From Phoronis australis (Eukaryota; Animalia; Phoronida): a stretch of DNA of 64,000 bases. Below, piece by piece: positions 1 to 13,500 of the stretch. The notes beneath the pieces were generated by a model that had not been told where the DNA came from, did not search any database, and saw only the letters and a list, made by a program, of their open reading frames with translations. The stretch's first letter is position 1. Each line of letters begins with the position of its first letter. The translations under genes and the position numbers were made by a program. The DNA lies in NCBI GenBank assembly GCA_002633005.1, contig NMRA01000152.1:1-64000 (forward strand), given 5' to 3'.

Positions 1-719
1 TATGATACACAAAAAATAGGCTTGGGTGATAGACATTTTTGGATGTAAAATTTACCTGAACTAAACATTTAATAAAATCGAAAAAATCATAAAAAGAGGA
101 CACCAAACAAAGAATTCCTCTTAAAAGACGGAAATCCCAAGCCCTGATCAAGTCTGTATTCTCCAAGCTTCAACGTGTACATAAATGCAACTGTCAAGCG
201 GTATACCTTCTTGAAATTGTCATGGCGAGCTCTCTGAAATGTAAACAGTCACAGTTTTGGTGGTGTGATTTTAAAACTTCTGGTGCTGATGACCTTGTGC
301 ACGTGCAGTAGTGTACCACAACTTACACTCATGTAGTCAGAAGGTCACATCACTGTTTGGAAGGGCAACGTTTTTTAGAGGGATTGTTGAGTGTTGCTCA
401 ATGCTCAGGAGTTTTGAGAAGCAGTTGAACGAATTAGAAACCAACGATGAAAACATTCATGAAAAGAAACCGAACCCCATAACACGCTTTAATGAGTGGT
501 TCGAAAAAGAGGAGATAAAAGTACATGTGCACTGTCAAGCAAGAGCTGCATGATAGTAAGAAAAGGTTCAACAAGTGAAATACAGTTTACTCATTGGTAA
601 ATATTAAACTAAGCAATCAAGAGTGTAGACTGGACTGGATTATTTTGTAAACAAAAGTCAAGAGTGAACAATAGGGCCAGGTGTGTAGGACTAGGGGTTA
701 GGCTAGTACTGGTATGCAG

Positions 720-925
720 AATACAATGGCTTATCAATATATTACGTCATCAAATTCAGTCAACAGAGAGTGCACTATAGCAAGGGGGTTGGGGGGATCT
801 ACAGAAAACAAGGAAATGAAAAAATACAATGGCTTATCAATATATTATGTCATCAAATTCAGTCAACAGAGAGTGCACAATAGCAAGGGGGTTGGGGGGG
901 ATCTACAGAAAACAAGGAAATGAAA
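720..925. repeat. Tandem duplication, 2 x ~103 bp
   Basis: aatacaatggcttatcaatat...aaggaaatgaaa starts at 720 and 823. Confidence 0.9.
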
Positions 926-1385
926 CATAAACAAATGTAAAGAAATGAGAACAAGGTAACAAAGACACGGCTGTCTCCACCTCTTATTAATAAAACTTAA
1001 ATGGTAATTTAAAACAATGGCTTGACATTATTTCATTTGCGAACACCATTCCAAAAATTCTGGATCTGCCACTGGCATTGAAAATCCCGGAATACTAATT
1101 CAATCCGACAACATCGGACTTGTTACAGTAAATCTACTTTACAAAGAACAAATACAACATTGAAGGCACCATGGTATATTCGCCCAGACGTTTATCTTTC
1201 ACAAAGTAACAATGTTTCTCTGACTTTAAATGTGGTACAAGTACATAGTCTGTAATTTCATGAACACAAAATCCCACGCAAACACGGTATACTTTATCTA
1301 TACAGCCAACAGCATCATGCGAGCATAAGGGATGGCAAAACATACTTACGTTTTTCTTCACCAGGTCCAGGTACCGAGCCCGACG

Positions 1386-1629
1386 TAGTCGATCGGCTCA
1401 GCCTCTCACGAATCACGGCTCGACGAGCTGGTCAAACTCAGACGGCCATCCAGGAAAACCGACGTGAATTCCCAGCGTTGTCATTTACTCCCCGCTCAAT
1501 TGCTTCCTAGTCGATCGGCTCAGCCTCTCACGAATCACGGCTCGACGAGCTGGTCAAACTCAGACGGTCATCCAGGAAAACCGACATGAATTCCCAGCGC
1601 TGTCATTTACTCCCCGCTCAATTGCTTCC
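1386..1629. repeat. Tandem duplication, 2 x 122 bp
   Basis: tagtcgatcggctcagcc...ttgcttcc starts at 1386 and 1508. Confidence 0.92.
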
Positions 1630-1683
1630 CTAGCTCCAATGGCCGTTTTCGTCAACTGCCTGCATTTTCTGTCCATCTTTCAT
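1508..1683 (-). pseudogene. Decayed Tudor/chromo-barrel-like coding remnant
   Basis: MKDGQKMQAVDENGHWS* then (frameshift) GIHVGFPG*PSEFDQLVEP resembles the VGQKV.A.D..G.W...VHF.GW...FD..V pattern. Confidence 0.4.
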
Positions 1684-1925
1684 TTTGAAACGGCTACTTT
1701 TGAGTTGAGAGCAAAAACAACAACACAGCCATCCTCACGTGTTGGCCGGACTCACTACTCACCACCATGCGCGAGTTAGGTCCTTATAGACATGTTCACC
1801 AAAATAAAATTGCTGTTTTCTTGTTAAAATATAGAGTACTATTTTACTTACATTTTGATAATTTAACATGCAAATAGTTTAAAAATGACAATTATAAGTC
1901 GGTTTTGACGTCTTTCTTTGTTGAC

Positions 1926-2146
1926 AGTGAAACCGCATTACCGCGTAGTAATCTTGTGGGACGATTCTCTGAGTGTGCAGGGCTAGCCTGGACTGAAAGT
2001 GAAATATCTCGGCCAAAACTTCATCGATTTTCGTGAAGTGAAACCGCATTACCGCGTAGTAATCTTGTGTGACGATTCTCTGAGTGTGCAGGGCTAGCCT
2101 GGACTGAAAGTGGAATATCTCGGCCAAAACTTCATCGATTTTCGTG
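1926..2146. repeat. Tandem duplication, 2 x 111 bp
   Basis: agtgaaaccgcattaccgcg...ttttcgtg starts at 1926 and 2037. Confidence 0.92.
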
Positions 2147-2345
2147 GGAGAAAAACGCTTGTTTTCAGAATTTTACGAGGAATTTGTTGATGAAACTTTT
2201 ACATGTCATTGAAAAAGGCGAAAATACAAACGCGCGAGTCATATTTCTTCAGGCAGCCCTTAGCGGCTTCACGGCCAATAAAATGTAATCGACCGAATAG
2301 ATTCGTCGACCACAGATCTACCCTGTGGTTTTTCCGCTTGATCCC

Positions 2346-2387
2346 AGACCGCCCCGAGTTGCTCCAGCAGCCAACTCGGGGCGGTCT
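2346..2387. repeat. GC-rich perfect 16-bp hairpin, probable transposon terminal structure
   Basis: AGACCGCCCCGAGTTG-N10-CAACTCGGGGCGGTCT. Confidence 0.8.
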
Positions 2388-2658
2388 CTCACGAGGGTTT
2401 AGCGTTATGAAACTGCCTGGACGGTATATCTTATTATCTTAACCCTTGACCTGGGCACACAAGTCACATACTTACGGGCCCGGCACCACTGAAACCTTAG
2501 AATTAGAAACAACCGTGGTGGTTGGCCTCAAGACATCTATTGTTTTGTTATTACGCCCGGACGGTGCAGCGCTTTTTTGTGTTCCGACGCCGGGATTCTG
2601 GAAGATAATGATACTCAATCGTACCAGCGCCACCTGTGCTCTCGACTCGGGAGTTGTT

Positions 2659-3087
2659 TTGTTGTGCGTGAACTTGGAATCTTGGTTAATCTCAAGATTA
2701 AACAGAAGCGAATTTTGCGCGAACTTGGAATTGAATATTCTTTAAGGCAAAAAGGTGAAATTTTTGTTCGGTTTAAATTTTTTTTGTAATTATTTGCCTC
2801 GAAATCAACCATTTTCTCTTTCACCGTAACTTGTGGCGCTGAACTGGAGGAATATTTGAATGGCTAAATCGATCATTGTTTGGTGAAACTTATCTCCCGA
2901 AGTTGAAAAGGTTGGTTGAAATTATTTTATTCAAATGTAACTTGATTTAGTGCACTTCAAATTTTTATGAACACGAACGTGATTATTTGAGTGAACTTGA
3001 CAAGTTGCCTCGCGTATTCCAAGTTCACGCAACACTTGCTTCTGCTTAATCTTGAGATTAATCAGGATTCAAGTTCACGCACAACAG
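2659..3087. mobile_element. MITE with long TIRs (TGTTGTGCGTGAACTTG...); second copy at 45620-46018
   Basis: ~65-bp imperfect inverted ends; internal sequence shared with 45620-46018. Confidence 0.8.
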
Positions 3088-3110
3088 GTCCTCACAACTT
3101 TGAGATGCAC

Positions 3111-3502
3111 GTATCCTCTGACACAGCGCCACCTATACTGAAAAGTGGCCTCTGACAACATGATGAACTACACACGGAATTCCGTGTGTGGGCATCAATG
3201 CGCATGCCTCTGTTGGAAGTATACTGATCACATCGACACCACTTGCACATGCCTTTATATACTGTACTTGCTTGGGCTTAATCTACTGGATTGGCAATCC
3301 CTTGATTTTGTTCACTTCGATCACAATTAGTAAATTGCACTACTAGGGCCTGTTCAGGGTGGTCGCCATACTACGTAACAGTAAACTGAAAGGGGTTTCC
3401 CAGATTTCAGCCAGTGGGAGTGACTGAATATGTTATGATGTCGGTTTTCATTAGTTTAACAATGAGAAGGCATGTTAAACAACATTCCACAGTGCTACCT
3501 TT
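3111..3502. mobile_element. Dispersed repeat family A (copies also at 29840-30012 and 57909-58279)
   Basis: ctctgacacagcgccacctatactgaaaagtggcc...cacagtgctaccttt shared among three loci. Confidence 0.8.
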
Positions 3503-4299
3503 ATAGCACTGTGAAAGAGTGTAAGATGCAAGTTGACATGGGAACATTACACGACCTAACCTCGGGGTCACGTACGTTGAATTTGTCCAGCGTGGGTTTC
3601 AATCGAGTTCGCACACGTATAGTAGGGAAATAAACTAGGCTGAGCAGAGATCTTTTATAAGAGGAACCGAGTTTTAGATTGTGACCTGTGAGGACTTGGC
3701 AAGTAAATGCGGTGTGAAGCAGTTTCAATTTATATTTGATTCTTTTTCATTTCATATTTCGTATTTTGGTGTGGCCTAGTGTACTACAAATCTGCAAGAA
3801 CAGGCATGTGAAGGTCACATAATTTTTTTTTTCAGTTACAGCTGCCTAAACTTAGTGGCTTCAAATTTGCAGGGGTGACTGAAAAGACACGTAATTAAAT
3901 TAGCAACTGAAATTCTTTCGAAAATTGATTGCTTACGATGCCAGTTTAATTATATCTCCCGGTTCACTGTCTTTCTCATGTCGGCATGAGTTCACGTGTT
4001 TTTAGATTTTGAGTACTTCAATGTAAAAGTTATACCGTTGAATTTTTTCGTTTACTCTAATATGTTTTTACTTTTGATGCCCATTAGGTCGTACGCTGCT
4101 CTGACATCAAGTTGGCTTTTTTACTTGGCGAAATTCTATTGAATTTCGCCAAGTATGTTGCTCTGACACTAAGTTTGTTTCTTTTTGTTTTTTTGGTTGT
4201 TCGCACTCTACAGGTCTTATTTCAAGTCCGATTCGCACGAAATTCACACACAACCGGTATATTTGCAATAGTTGGAAGCCTTTTGTTTTTCGTCATGAT

Positions 4300-7200
4300 C
4301 GGATTCTGTCAAAAGCATTTCACAAATTTTTGTGGAATAGGCTACAAAAAATAGGAATTCATGGTATTGTTTTAAAATTGATGAAAAGTATGTATTCGAA
4401 GCTAAGTGAGTGTGTAAGAACTGACTTTTTCAGTAATAATATTGGTACACGCCAAGGTTGTATGCTTAGTCCTTTTTTATTTAGTATGTATTTGAACGAG
4501 TTTGTTGATTACTTAAAGTCCTGCTCTCACGCGTTTTTAACCCTTATTACATGGTTAGAGAATGTTATAAGGATCCAAGAAGTACTTACCCCATAACTAA
4601 TACACAATCCGTACTCGAAAAAAGTTTAAATGAACGCGCCACTCACGATTCGCACCCGAAGAACGACCGCCATTTTGAACTTGCCGCGAACCCGGAAGTA
4701 CAATTCATTCAGGAACCCAGGCCAAGAAAAGGCCGTCAGTGCGACTGGAGCAGTGCCTGTATTGTTGCCAGCCAGCAAACGGGGATAAAATAATCGACAG
4801 CGCGCCTTAATTTTAATAGAATCAAACTACGGACAATTTTATCGAATTTGCTGAAGAAATGTGGCTAATAAATTTTGACAGAAATTATTTTGTCAGACTC
4901 GGGACCGCAGTCTATCGGACCCGGTGCAGATCGAGACCAGACACTGACGAACGGTAAATGCATGCCGTTGCAAGCTGTTTTGTCGAAGTAAAATGGTCAA
5001 ATCATAATTGCTGCATATATTCAAGGGTAGTTTCGGACACTTGCATGAAATTACGGGCACAAAAAACACGAAAATTGAACAAAGTTTCTTTTTTGTAGCA
5101 ACGTTTGTCAAAATGTATCAACGTTAAATCTTGGCAAATTACAAATAAGTAGCCGATTGAACATGCCTTTCAGTTAAGCAAAAGTCGCTATGTTGTCGGT
5201 GCCGCCAGAAATGAGACGAAGTCCAACGGGAATTGTGAGCACATTTATCACTTAATGAGTAACAACTGCGAGGCTGAAATTTGGTGAACACTGTTAAATT
5301 TTTACTGAGTAGAATGTACTACCTTTCCGATGATAGCAAAGTCAACATCTCTTGTGGCGCTTTTTATTGCCCATCTTACCAGAGATTACCTATTATACGT
5401 TATTTATCTGTATTCATTATATTGTAATTGTATTAGTCATAATAAATGACCTTATATCGCCTACCTCGGTCTCCTTTTCATCTCTGGTAACGAGCTTGCG
5501 ACGCACGTATCATTTATCTTTATTCGGGACATATGTCGATCATAAAGTACTTTTTCAAAACGAGAAAAAAAATAAAACCGAAACAAAATTGGTTCGACCC
5601 ATATTGGTTCCTAGGTTCGATGGGCCTACGTAAGGAACTAAACACCAGTGCTATTTTAACATACTAAGTACGCGTAACATTCCAAAAAAATCAACGACCA
5701 CTAACTACAAACTATAAATACAATACATATGCAAACGAATCATGAGATATTACTAATAAAACAAAATAATGAAGACTTTTCGAGCAAGCGATAGCACATT
5801 CAGTTACAAGGAAAAAATGGCGGCGTTCAGGACAAGTCCTGAACTGATGAGCCGGAAATTTGGGTACGGAAATAACCGATGACAGCCGGTAATTATACGC
5901 TCACAGAGAAGGGTCAAATACTGTTAAAAATCGCTTTTGGCAAGAAAGGCGAAACGAATATAAAGAAAGGGTGGCGAAAATAAGAATTTATGTAGTATTT
6001 TCGTATACTGGAACCACATGGGCAGTTTGAGAGAAGGACTTTAAAAGAATCTTTATTTAGCGGAATTTACGTACATGAGAATGTGCCTCAAATTTGTATG
6101 TTGCTATAGGCTGATGATATGGTTGGTTGTGCAGAGACAGCATTTATGCTACAGCAACAAATTAACGCTCTGCATGAATACTGTCAGGATTGCGGTATGA
6201 AGGTCAACCTTACAAAAACAAAAATAATGGTATTTAGAAAAGGCGGAACATTTGAGAAAATACGAAAAATGTCATTTCTGAAATGACAAAATTGATGTCG
6301 TCTCATCATGTAAGTACCCGGGTATTTACCTTACTCCTAAGTTAGTCTGGCTGCAAGCTACGGAAACTTTGTCTCACCAGGCACAGAAAGCAATTTTTTT
6401 TCAATTAAACGTTTTCAGTCAAAATGTGGACAACTGTCACCGAAAATTGCACTCGAGATTTTTTGATAAAATGGTATACCCAATCATTAGCTATGGAAAT
6501 GAGATTTGGGGATTTAAAGAATATTTTAGTATCGAGCGCGTCCAATTGAAATTATGTAAGCAACTGCTGGGTGTTGGAAGTAACTGTCCAAATCATGCTG
6601 TCCTGGGAGAACTGGGAAGGTATCCAATTTATGTAAAGCTGTTTGTTAAACTGATCAAGTATTGGTTTTAATTGTTAAAATTGCCAGCACATTGAAATCC
6701 AAAATCTGTCTATGACAAGCTTGTCACATTGGATGAGGCTGGTAGGAAAAAATTGGGCTTCATCTGTTAAGAATTTGCTGCAAAGGTATGGTTTTGGATT
6801 GGTATGATACAATCAGGGAGTTGCCTGCGAAGCATCTTTTCTTGTCATTTTTGAGCAGCGAATCAAAGATTGTTTTTTACAAGACTGGAGTTTTGCTATG
6901 GAGAATAGCTCAAAACTTAATACATATTCCTCATTTAAAACTGATTTTGAAATGGAATCGTATCTGTTGCTTGATATTCCATATATCTTCTTACCAGCTA
7001 TGGCTAAATTACGTTGCTCCAACCATAACTTGATGATAGAGAAAGATAGACATGCTCTTGTGGACCAAAAATACCGTGTGTGCTGTTTCTTTGTGTCCCT
7101 AATTGAAGATGAATACCATTTTATATGTGTTTGTAAAATGTACTGTTCTCTGAGAACTGCATTTATACCTGAGTGGTGCTAGCGTGAACAAAATAAACAT

Positions 7201-7310
7201 AAATTTGTAAAGCTAATGAAAGTTTTGGCGCCCATTGCTCAGATCAATCTAATAAAATTTATATTTCACGCCACTGCCCTCAGGGAAAAGCTGCTCAGCG
7301 TTATCCTGTA
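4300..7310 (+). mobile_element. Decayed LINE reverse-transcriptase ORF2 (5'-truncated), split by a DNA transposon
   Basis: GTRQGCMLSPFLF; LL*ADDMV (YADD with stop); VNLTKTKIMVFRKGG; YPIISYGNEIWG; VLGELGRYP; KLRCSNHNLMIE; IEDEYHFICVC. Confidence 0.92.
4517..6040. mobile_element. Non-autonomous Kolobok-like DNA transposon inserted in the LINE
   Basis: TTAA at 4513-4516 and 6041-6044; TIR AGTCCTGCTCTC / GAGAGAAGGACT; removal restores RT frame FVDYLK-ESLFSGIY. Confidence 0.88.
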
Positions 7311-10300
7311 AATTTTATGTAACATGTGGGCCAAGGCCTTAAGAACTGAAAATAGATGAATATATATGATTGGATTCAAGATGGCGGACGTGGCAGCCAT
7401 TTTGTTTTCGAAATGAGATTCCAATGCTATTTTAGGCCGCAATTTTTGACGTACACGGCTGAAAATCAGTACGATTATTATAGCAGACGGGTACTACAGA
7501 TTGACCGTAAATTATGCATTTCCAGTCTAACATGACGGAAATATCGGCCATTGCGTTTGGACACCTCGATTTCATGGCCAAAACGTTCTGTCCTGTAGAG
7601 GGCACATGGTAAAACCAATTGCTTTGAAATTTATCACGTCTTAGTTTCTTGTAAGTAGTTATTATCAAGTGCTGCTTAACTGGAAGTTGTTTTCAAAATG
7701 GCGGATCTGGCGCATCTACATTACCTTTCAATCATCGGAGTTTTTATTTTGAGAAGGAAAATCAAATGACATGAATTTTAGCATGTGGATTCTCCAAAGG
7801 AAAACTCTTTAAAATGAACTCCTCTGAGCGCTTTCATTTTGTTTGTTTGCATTTTACATGTCGTATTTTTCGTTTGATTCACACGAAATTCACACACAAT
7901 CTGTAGTCTCGGATGTGCTGAAAGCCTATTGTTTTTCGTTATGATCGGATCCAAGATTGCAGACGTGGCGGCAATTTTATTCTCAAATTCAGATTCAAAT
8001 GCTCATAGCGGCCTTTTAAAATTTTTAATGTACACAACTGAAAATCGGCACAGTTATTGTAGCAGACGTGCACTTCAGACTTACATTTGTTGACTGATTT
8101 TTGTTGCACTTTTGTTAGTTCACCTTCTACTTCCTGTATTCTCTGTTTATTACTTTCTGATTATTGTATATTGGTACTGTGGGCCGAAAGCCTGTTTACG
8201 TGAAACACATTTACATTCAATCATAGTTGTATTTTGTGATCCAGTCTTTTATGTCAAATGAAATCGAACGTTTTAAAATTAAATCCTAACACCACAGAAT
8301 CTGAGACTTTCAGGGCCATGCAGACAATGAGCCAAGAGCTGAACGATCTGCCTCAAGTAGGCCATAGCTGAGCTTACAGCTCAGTCACCTCAAGACGCGA
8401 AAATACGACAGTTGTGTAATTAGTTCATTCAACTGATCACGCCGCCGACTGCTCGGTTATTGAGGTATAGACAGGTCTGCTCCTACCTCTCCGTCTGCGG
8501 TGGTTCTAAGCAAAGATTTCTCACCGCAAGTGCTTCGCAGACAGTAATGCGTCTACCGAACACAGCCATGACAAGAAAATGCCTCTTGGAAGTCAAACCT
8601 GGGCCCGGAGTCTAGTCTTTGTACTGGTAATAGAAATTGTTTTTGATATTTTTCTTTCTAGTTTAATGCAATCTCAAGATAAGTGCCTGTAATTCTGTGA
8701 TCCCGTATATGTTATAGTTTACGTGAATGACTTTCTAGTCATAGTTTCATTGCACTTGACGACCCCCTGCATTAAAGCTATAATTTCGAGTCTCAATTCA
8801 AAATTTCGTGTTTTTACACTTGGACTAGAAAATCACGTGCGTATTAACCATATACTTGGGCAGAAAGTAATAGCCTGTCACGGCGCTGAGTATGTAGTAA
8901 AGCTGGATCTAAAATGTCGATTGCGAGTACAAAAATTAGACCTAGAGGCCTGGTGACGAGATTTCAACGACCACGTTATCTTCACCAGATAAATTTTATC
9001 TGCGAGTCTATTTCTGGTCGGGAAACAGTAGAAGATACAGAGAAATTGCAAGCTTTTCGCATTTTTTAATTGACCAGGCGTAAGGTTCACTTCCGCAGTG
9101 AAAACTGTAGGCGTGCCTTTCACAAAAACATTGGCTTTAAATTACATATCAGGCGATACTTAGCAAATCCCGCCGGTTGAGTACCTTACAGTCAGATTTT
9201 TATCGGATCAGTAGTACCGGCCAACCAATGCAGCTGTCACATAAAGCTTCCGATGCCGATCCGATGAGTTTCCGAGCTCAAATGAATTTATCGGCCGACA
9301 GTGTGATCGGGTGATTGCTGGGTCAGTCGGCCATGCGTCGTTGTCAGAAGTCACCAATAAGTGGACAGTCGGGAGCGTTAAAATTATTTCGACGGCCGAC
9401 CGATTTCACAATTGCAAATCACCTGACAATGTCAGTCGATATCCGGCGGCAATCGTCCGATGACCTGCAGGCAACCGGCCTCCTTCAGTTAATCGGTCGA
9501 CGTCAACGGCTATCGCTAGACATCCGGTCAATCACCGACAAATCCATCGACGTCAAAAGTAGCATCGACATCTTTTAAATATTATCCTTACTTCAAATTC
9601 GACAAAAAAAATCGCCCAAACTCAATCGGCGAGATCAACTGCGCATCACTAGATATATGAAAAATTTGACGCAACACGTGTACCGGCAGGCAATCGTAGA
9701 CACTTTGATATCAGAAGGGCATCGGTCCATCGTGGGCCAATGACCAAAAGCATCTCCTAAGATCTGCCGTTGCACGCTCTCGGTCAATATAAACTGGGCC
9801 ACGCAAGAGAATCGGCTGGCTGCTGGAAATAAAATAACACTACTTGATGGGGACGCACTGATTGGTGGTGACGCCGTTGCCAGCCTACGCTCACTCGACG
9901 CTAGCCGATATGAGCATTTTCGTCTGCCACAAACTCAACGGATCGCCATCGGAAGCTTTATGTGACCACATCATGAGTGTTGCAATGTAAATGTAATTCA
10001 TGTGATTCATGCAGTGTTGTGTTCTAGAGGGTATTTCTTGACATAGGTACAGAAGTGGATAATAAATGTCTTGAACTAACGATGGAAGTAAAAAGGGATG
10101 CGTCTTCGGAGCCCGATGAAGCACGACATGAACAAAACATTGGCTGTGTAGTCATTCATGCTTTATTACTACTAGCTGAGATCAAACAATGACAGTTACG
10201 TTGATTTTGGAGCTATCAATCCATAAAGGTGCTTGAAGGTCTATAGAAAGTGACTTGTCTCAAAATTATAGCACTGACACCAGCCAAAACGATGGTACTT

Positions 10301-10376
10301 TCGCATCTTCACTATCCATGGGATGCGATTAGTATCAAAACATCGTAGTTTCTTTGTCGTTGAACAGTTTAATTTT

Positions 10377-10562
10377 CTAAATACGAAACGAGAACATGCT
10401 ACGAAAAGCCGCAATCCACAATGGTATCTGATATCTATGCAAATGGAGCCAATAAGCTAGTCCCATGATGCCAACTAAACTATGAACACCTTTGTAAAGG
10501 CCTCCGACAGACGGCGCAAGACGCTGTGTTAAACTCAGCTCGAAAGGTTTCTCTGGAATGTC
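10377..10562 (-). CDS. MAO: MAO exon 13 ([22 protein letters not shown]...RI*), C-terminal membrane anchor
   Basis: tacag acceptor, TAG stop; AATAAA on the minus strand at 10162-10167. Confidence 0.88.
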   Translation of the reverse strand, partial: DIPEKPFELSLTQRLAPSVGGLYKGVHSLVGIMGLAYWLHLHRYQIPLWIAAFRSMFSFRI

Positions 10563-13500
10563 CTGTAAAATCAAATGAAATTCATTCTACACTTGCAATC
10601 TCTGCTACTTCCTACGATGCTGGCAAAAAGTAAGTAGAAGCAAGAATCAAGATAGTGCCTTGACCTCCCTCATAAACTGAGCGGACGTTCTCCGTCGTGC
10701 ACTAACGGCAGTTTTGCATTAAATTTACACGTTGGGGGCTACTTGGGGATCGAGTGCATTTTTCCTGTGGGATCCCAGATTCTTGAAACTTTTGTAGCAT
10801 GTATCTTTTCAACACGCTCGAAAACGTTCACTTCCAGAAAGTTTGAGAAAACCTGACAAGATTTTAAAAAGACAATTTTTATAGTGCCTGTCCCCAACAC
10901 AACCAAACATTGACGCAATGTACCGATACTTTCAATGAAAATGTTCCTGCGGCAAACGTAATGGCTTAGGTGTCTTTTTGTCAACAATTAACGTTACATT
11001 TGTATTTCATGTTAAATTTTCTAAGACTACAACCAAAATGCCACGTCTGCGCAAGGCAAAAGTTTCAATAGTTGACGCAAAGTACTTCGCTAAAAAGCAA
11101 GACTTCGCGAGATTACGTGAGATATTAAATGAGAACACGTGACTTTGACTAGGTTTTAGCTAGGTCCTAGCGTAGGTCCTAGCGTCTACTGAACGCACGC
11201 CTGATTTCTTCTCCTTTTTGCCAACCATTGTCCATTGTGTAAAAACTAAACTGAATGGTCAACCACATTTCCATACAAAAAGTGCAATTGCTGGTCATCA
11301 CACCGTCCTATGCTCCTCCTACGAGAAAAATGTGATTCGAGAGAAAAGAGGTGTTTGTAAAAAGAAATATGTTTTGTGCGAAAACTTATAAACGCTGCTT
11401 GTAAGAAAAAGATGTGTTTGTGACAAAAAGTTAATGCATAGGAACACACGTACTGTTCGTGAGGGACGAAGACAAATGCCTTCCTTACTTTTAAGGTTAA
11501 AACCTGGCAATGGTAGTTTTTATCATTTGTTCAAAGACGGTGTGGTAATAAGTTGTCTTCTTTGCCACATCAATTGACATAGCCTCACTTTCACTGTTTT
11601 GTTTGTTTAGTGTTGACGAATCATTCAAACTCAACAAATTGACTTGCCTTGGACACTGGCTCGGTCTGGTTTATCAAGTGTTCTTCGATTTTGCCTTCTG
11701 CGAACAGGATCTGTTTACGAAAACGAATTTAAACGTTTGACAACAGTTAGAACAGAGGAAAAGAAAAACTACGTAGAATATAACGTTCGGGCATCATCCG
11801 AATTCCGAATTAAATTTGGTAAAATAATTCGAATATCTGAATTCAAACTAGTTTCTCTATTCAGTGGTTGTAATATTGATAGAAAGTGTCTCCAAAATAA
11901 TTCAAAATGATTGATTTGTGACTCAAAATACACAACTTTCAGGCAAACAATTATCTTTCAATTTTAAAGATTACTACAGGTGTACCTCTCTTGCCACTCG
12001 CTCGCCGCTCTGAACAGCACCCTCCATGTAACCAGACCAATGACTGGCCGTCTCTGTACCCCCAAAATGAATGCGACCATGAGGCTTGCGAATTTCACTG
12101 GAAATATTATTTTACTTGTTATTGGCGTCGCGTCCCATTTACACCACAAAAGTTGACACGGATCAGCTGACACGGAACGAGATGATCGGGCGCAAGTATG
12201 TGTGTAAACAGAACTGACACTTAGAAAATTGACTCCACGAACTTTTGTCACCCGTTTGTGAGAGTAGAGCAAGTTGCACCTGACCATCTTGCTCCGTGTC
12301 AACTATACGTCTAACCGCGAAATTGGGGCAAGGCGGAAGGGATCATCTTTGATGAGCTTGCACAAAAATGCACACATATTTACAGGTGATTTATTTTCAG
12401 TGCCTTGTCTGCTAATTTGAACCCTGGATAGCATTTATTTTGTCAAAATATTGTCAGAATATTACACACAGTTGACAGTCAAGACTAGATTCAATTCAAA
12501 TGCTTGGATATGTACAGTAGATCTACTGATGAAAGCTTTAGTCAGCTAATCAAAAAAATTCATTGAAGGAAAATTCAATGTCACGAATTACGTAAAGTTG
12601 GGGAGGAGGGGGTGGTGGGGAGGGATTGGAATCACCATAACAACAACATCAACAACAATAATAATGAACAGTGAGTCCCGCAATTTACACCTTTGCGCAT
12701 GAACACGCTACATTCCTGCCATCGTTTCCGAGTTATTGGTGTGTAAACGGCCTCTTGACACCGAGCATCTTGCACCATGTCAATTGCGCCGTGCCAAAAG
12801 TTAATGTCTAAACGGGACTAAAGTGTTGTTCTTATCATTTGTGGTAGCGTTCCGTAGACCCAAAAACTCGTAAGAAAATCTTGTGTTATAGCGTACTTCT
12901 CTTGTCAGTAATGCCAGGCGATATCTCGTTTTCGCGATGATCTTACGTCTGCGTAACGCAAACCACTGAGTTACCATACTGAAGAATATTTTAAAAATTT
13001 CCTTATGGTAACTAGGGGGCGTTATGCAGACCACTGAACCAAGAATAACGGCGTAGAAACGAGGGGAAGGGCGAAACAGGACATGCACCCTATTCTTTGC
13101 AAAATATCCCCTCTCTGTCAATTCTCATTGCAATTTTGTGTTTTCCCCTCTTCATTTCCACGAGCCCCCTAGTCGCTACTCGTTTCAGTGCAAGGCCATT
13201 GTAGCGTTTCAGCCTTCCTGTTGAATATAGTTACGTCAGGTATAATGCGTAATGACCACGCCGAAGGTACAACCAACAAAAGCGTTGAAATGCACCCACC
13301 AGTGAACCACAACCAGTATGCTTCTAGGGGCGTTTACTGGTATCATAAAAAAGGCCATTAGATGACACAGAATGCGTCGAACAGATCCGAAATTGGTAAG
13401 ACGACGTCGTCTCCTTAATAGAAAATGCCACATTTCATGAAAGTTCGCCAAAGAATTCCAAAAATAGAAAAGCAAACGCGAAAAAACAAATTGCCAAAAA

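Noticed and set aside
9185-9810. CpG-rich stretch with many tcggccga/cgatcg palindromes (similar at 17995-18210, 37940-38320)
   Set aside because: Looks like decayed MITE subterminal repeats, but I could not fix termini or TSDs.
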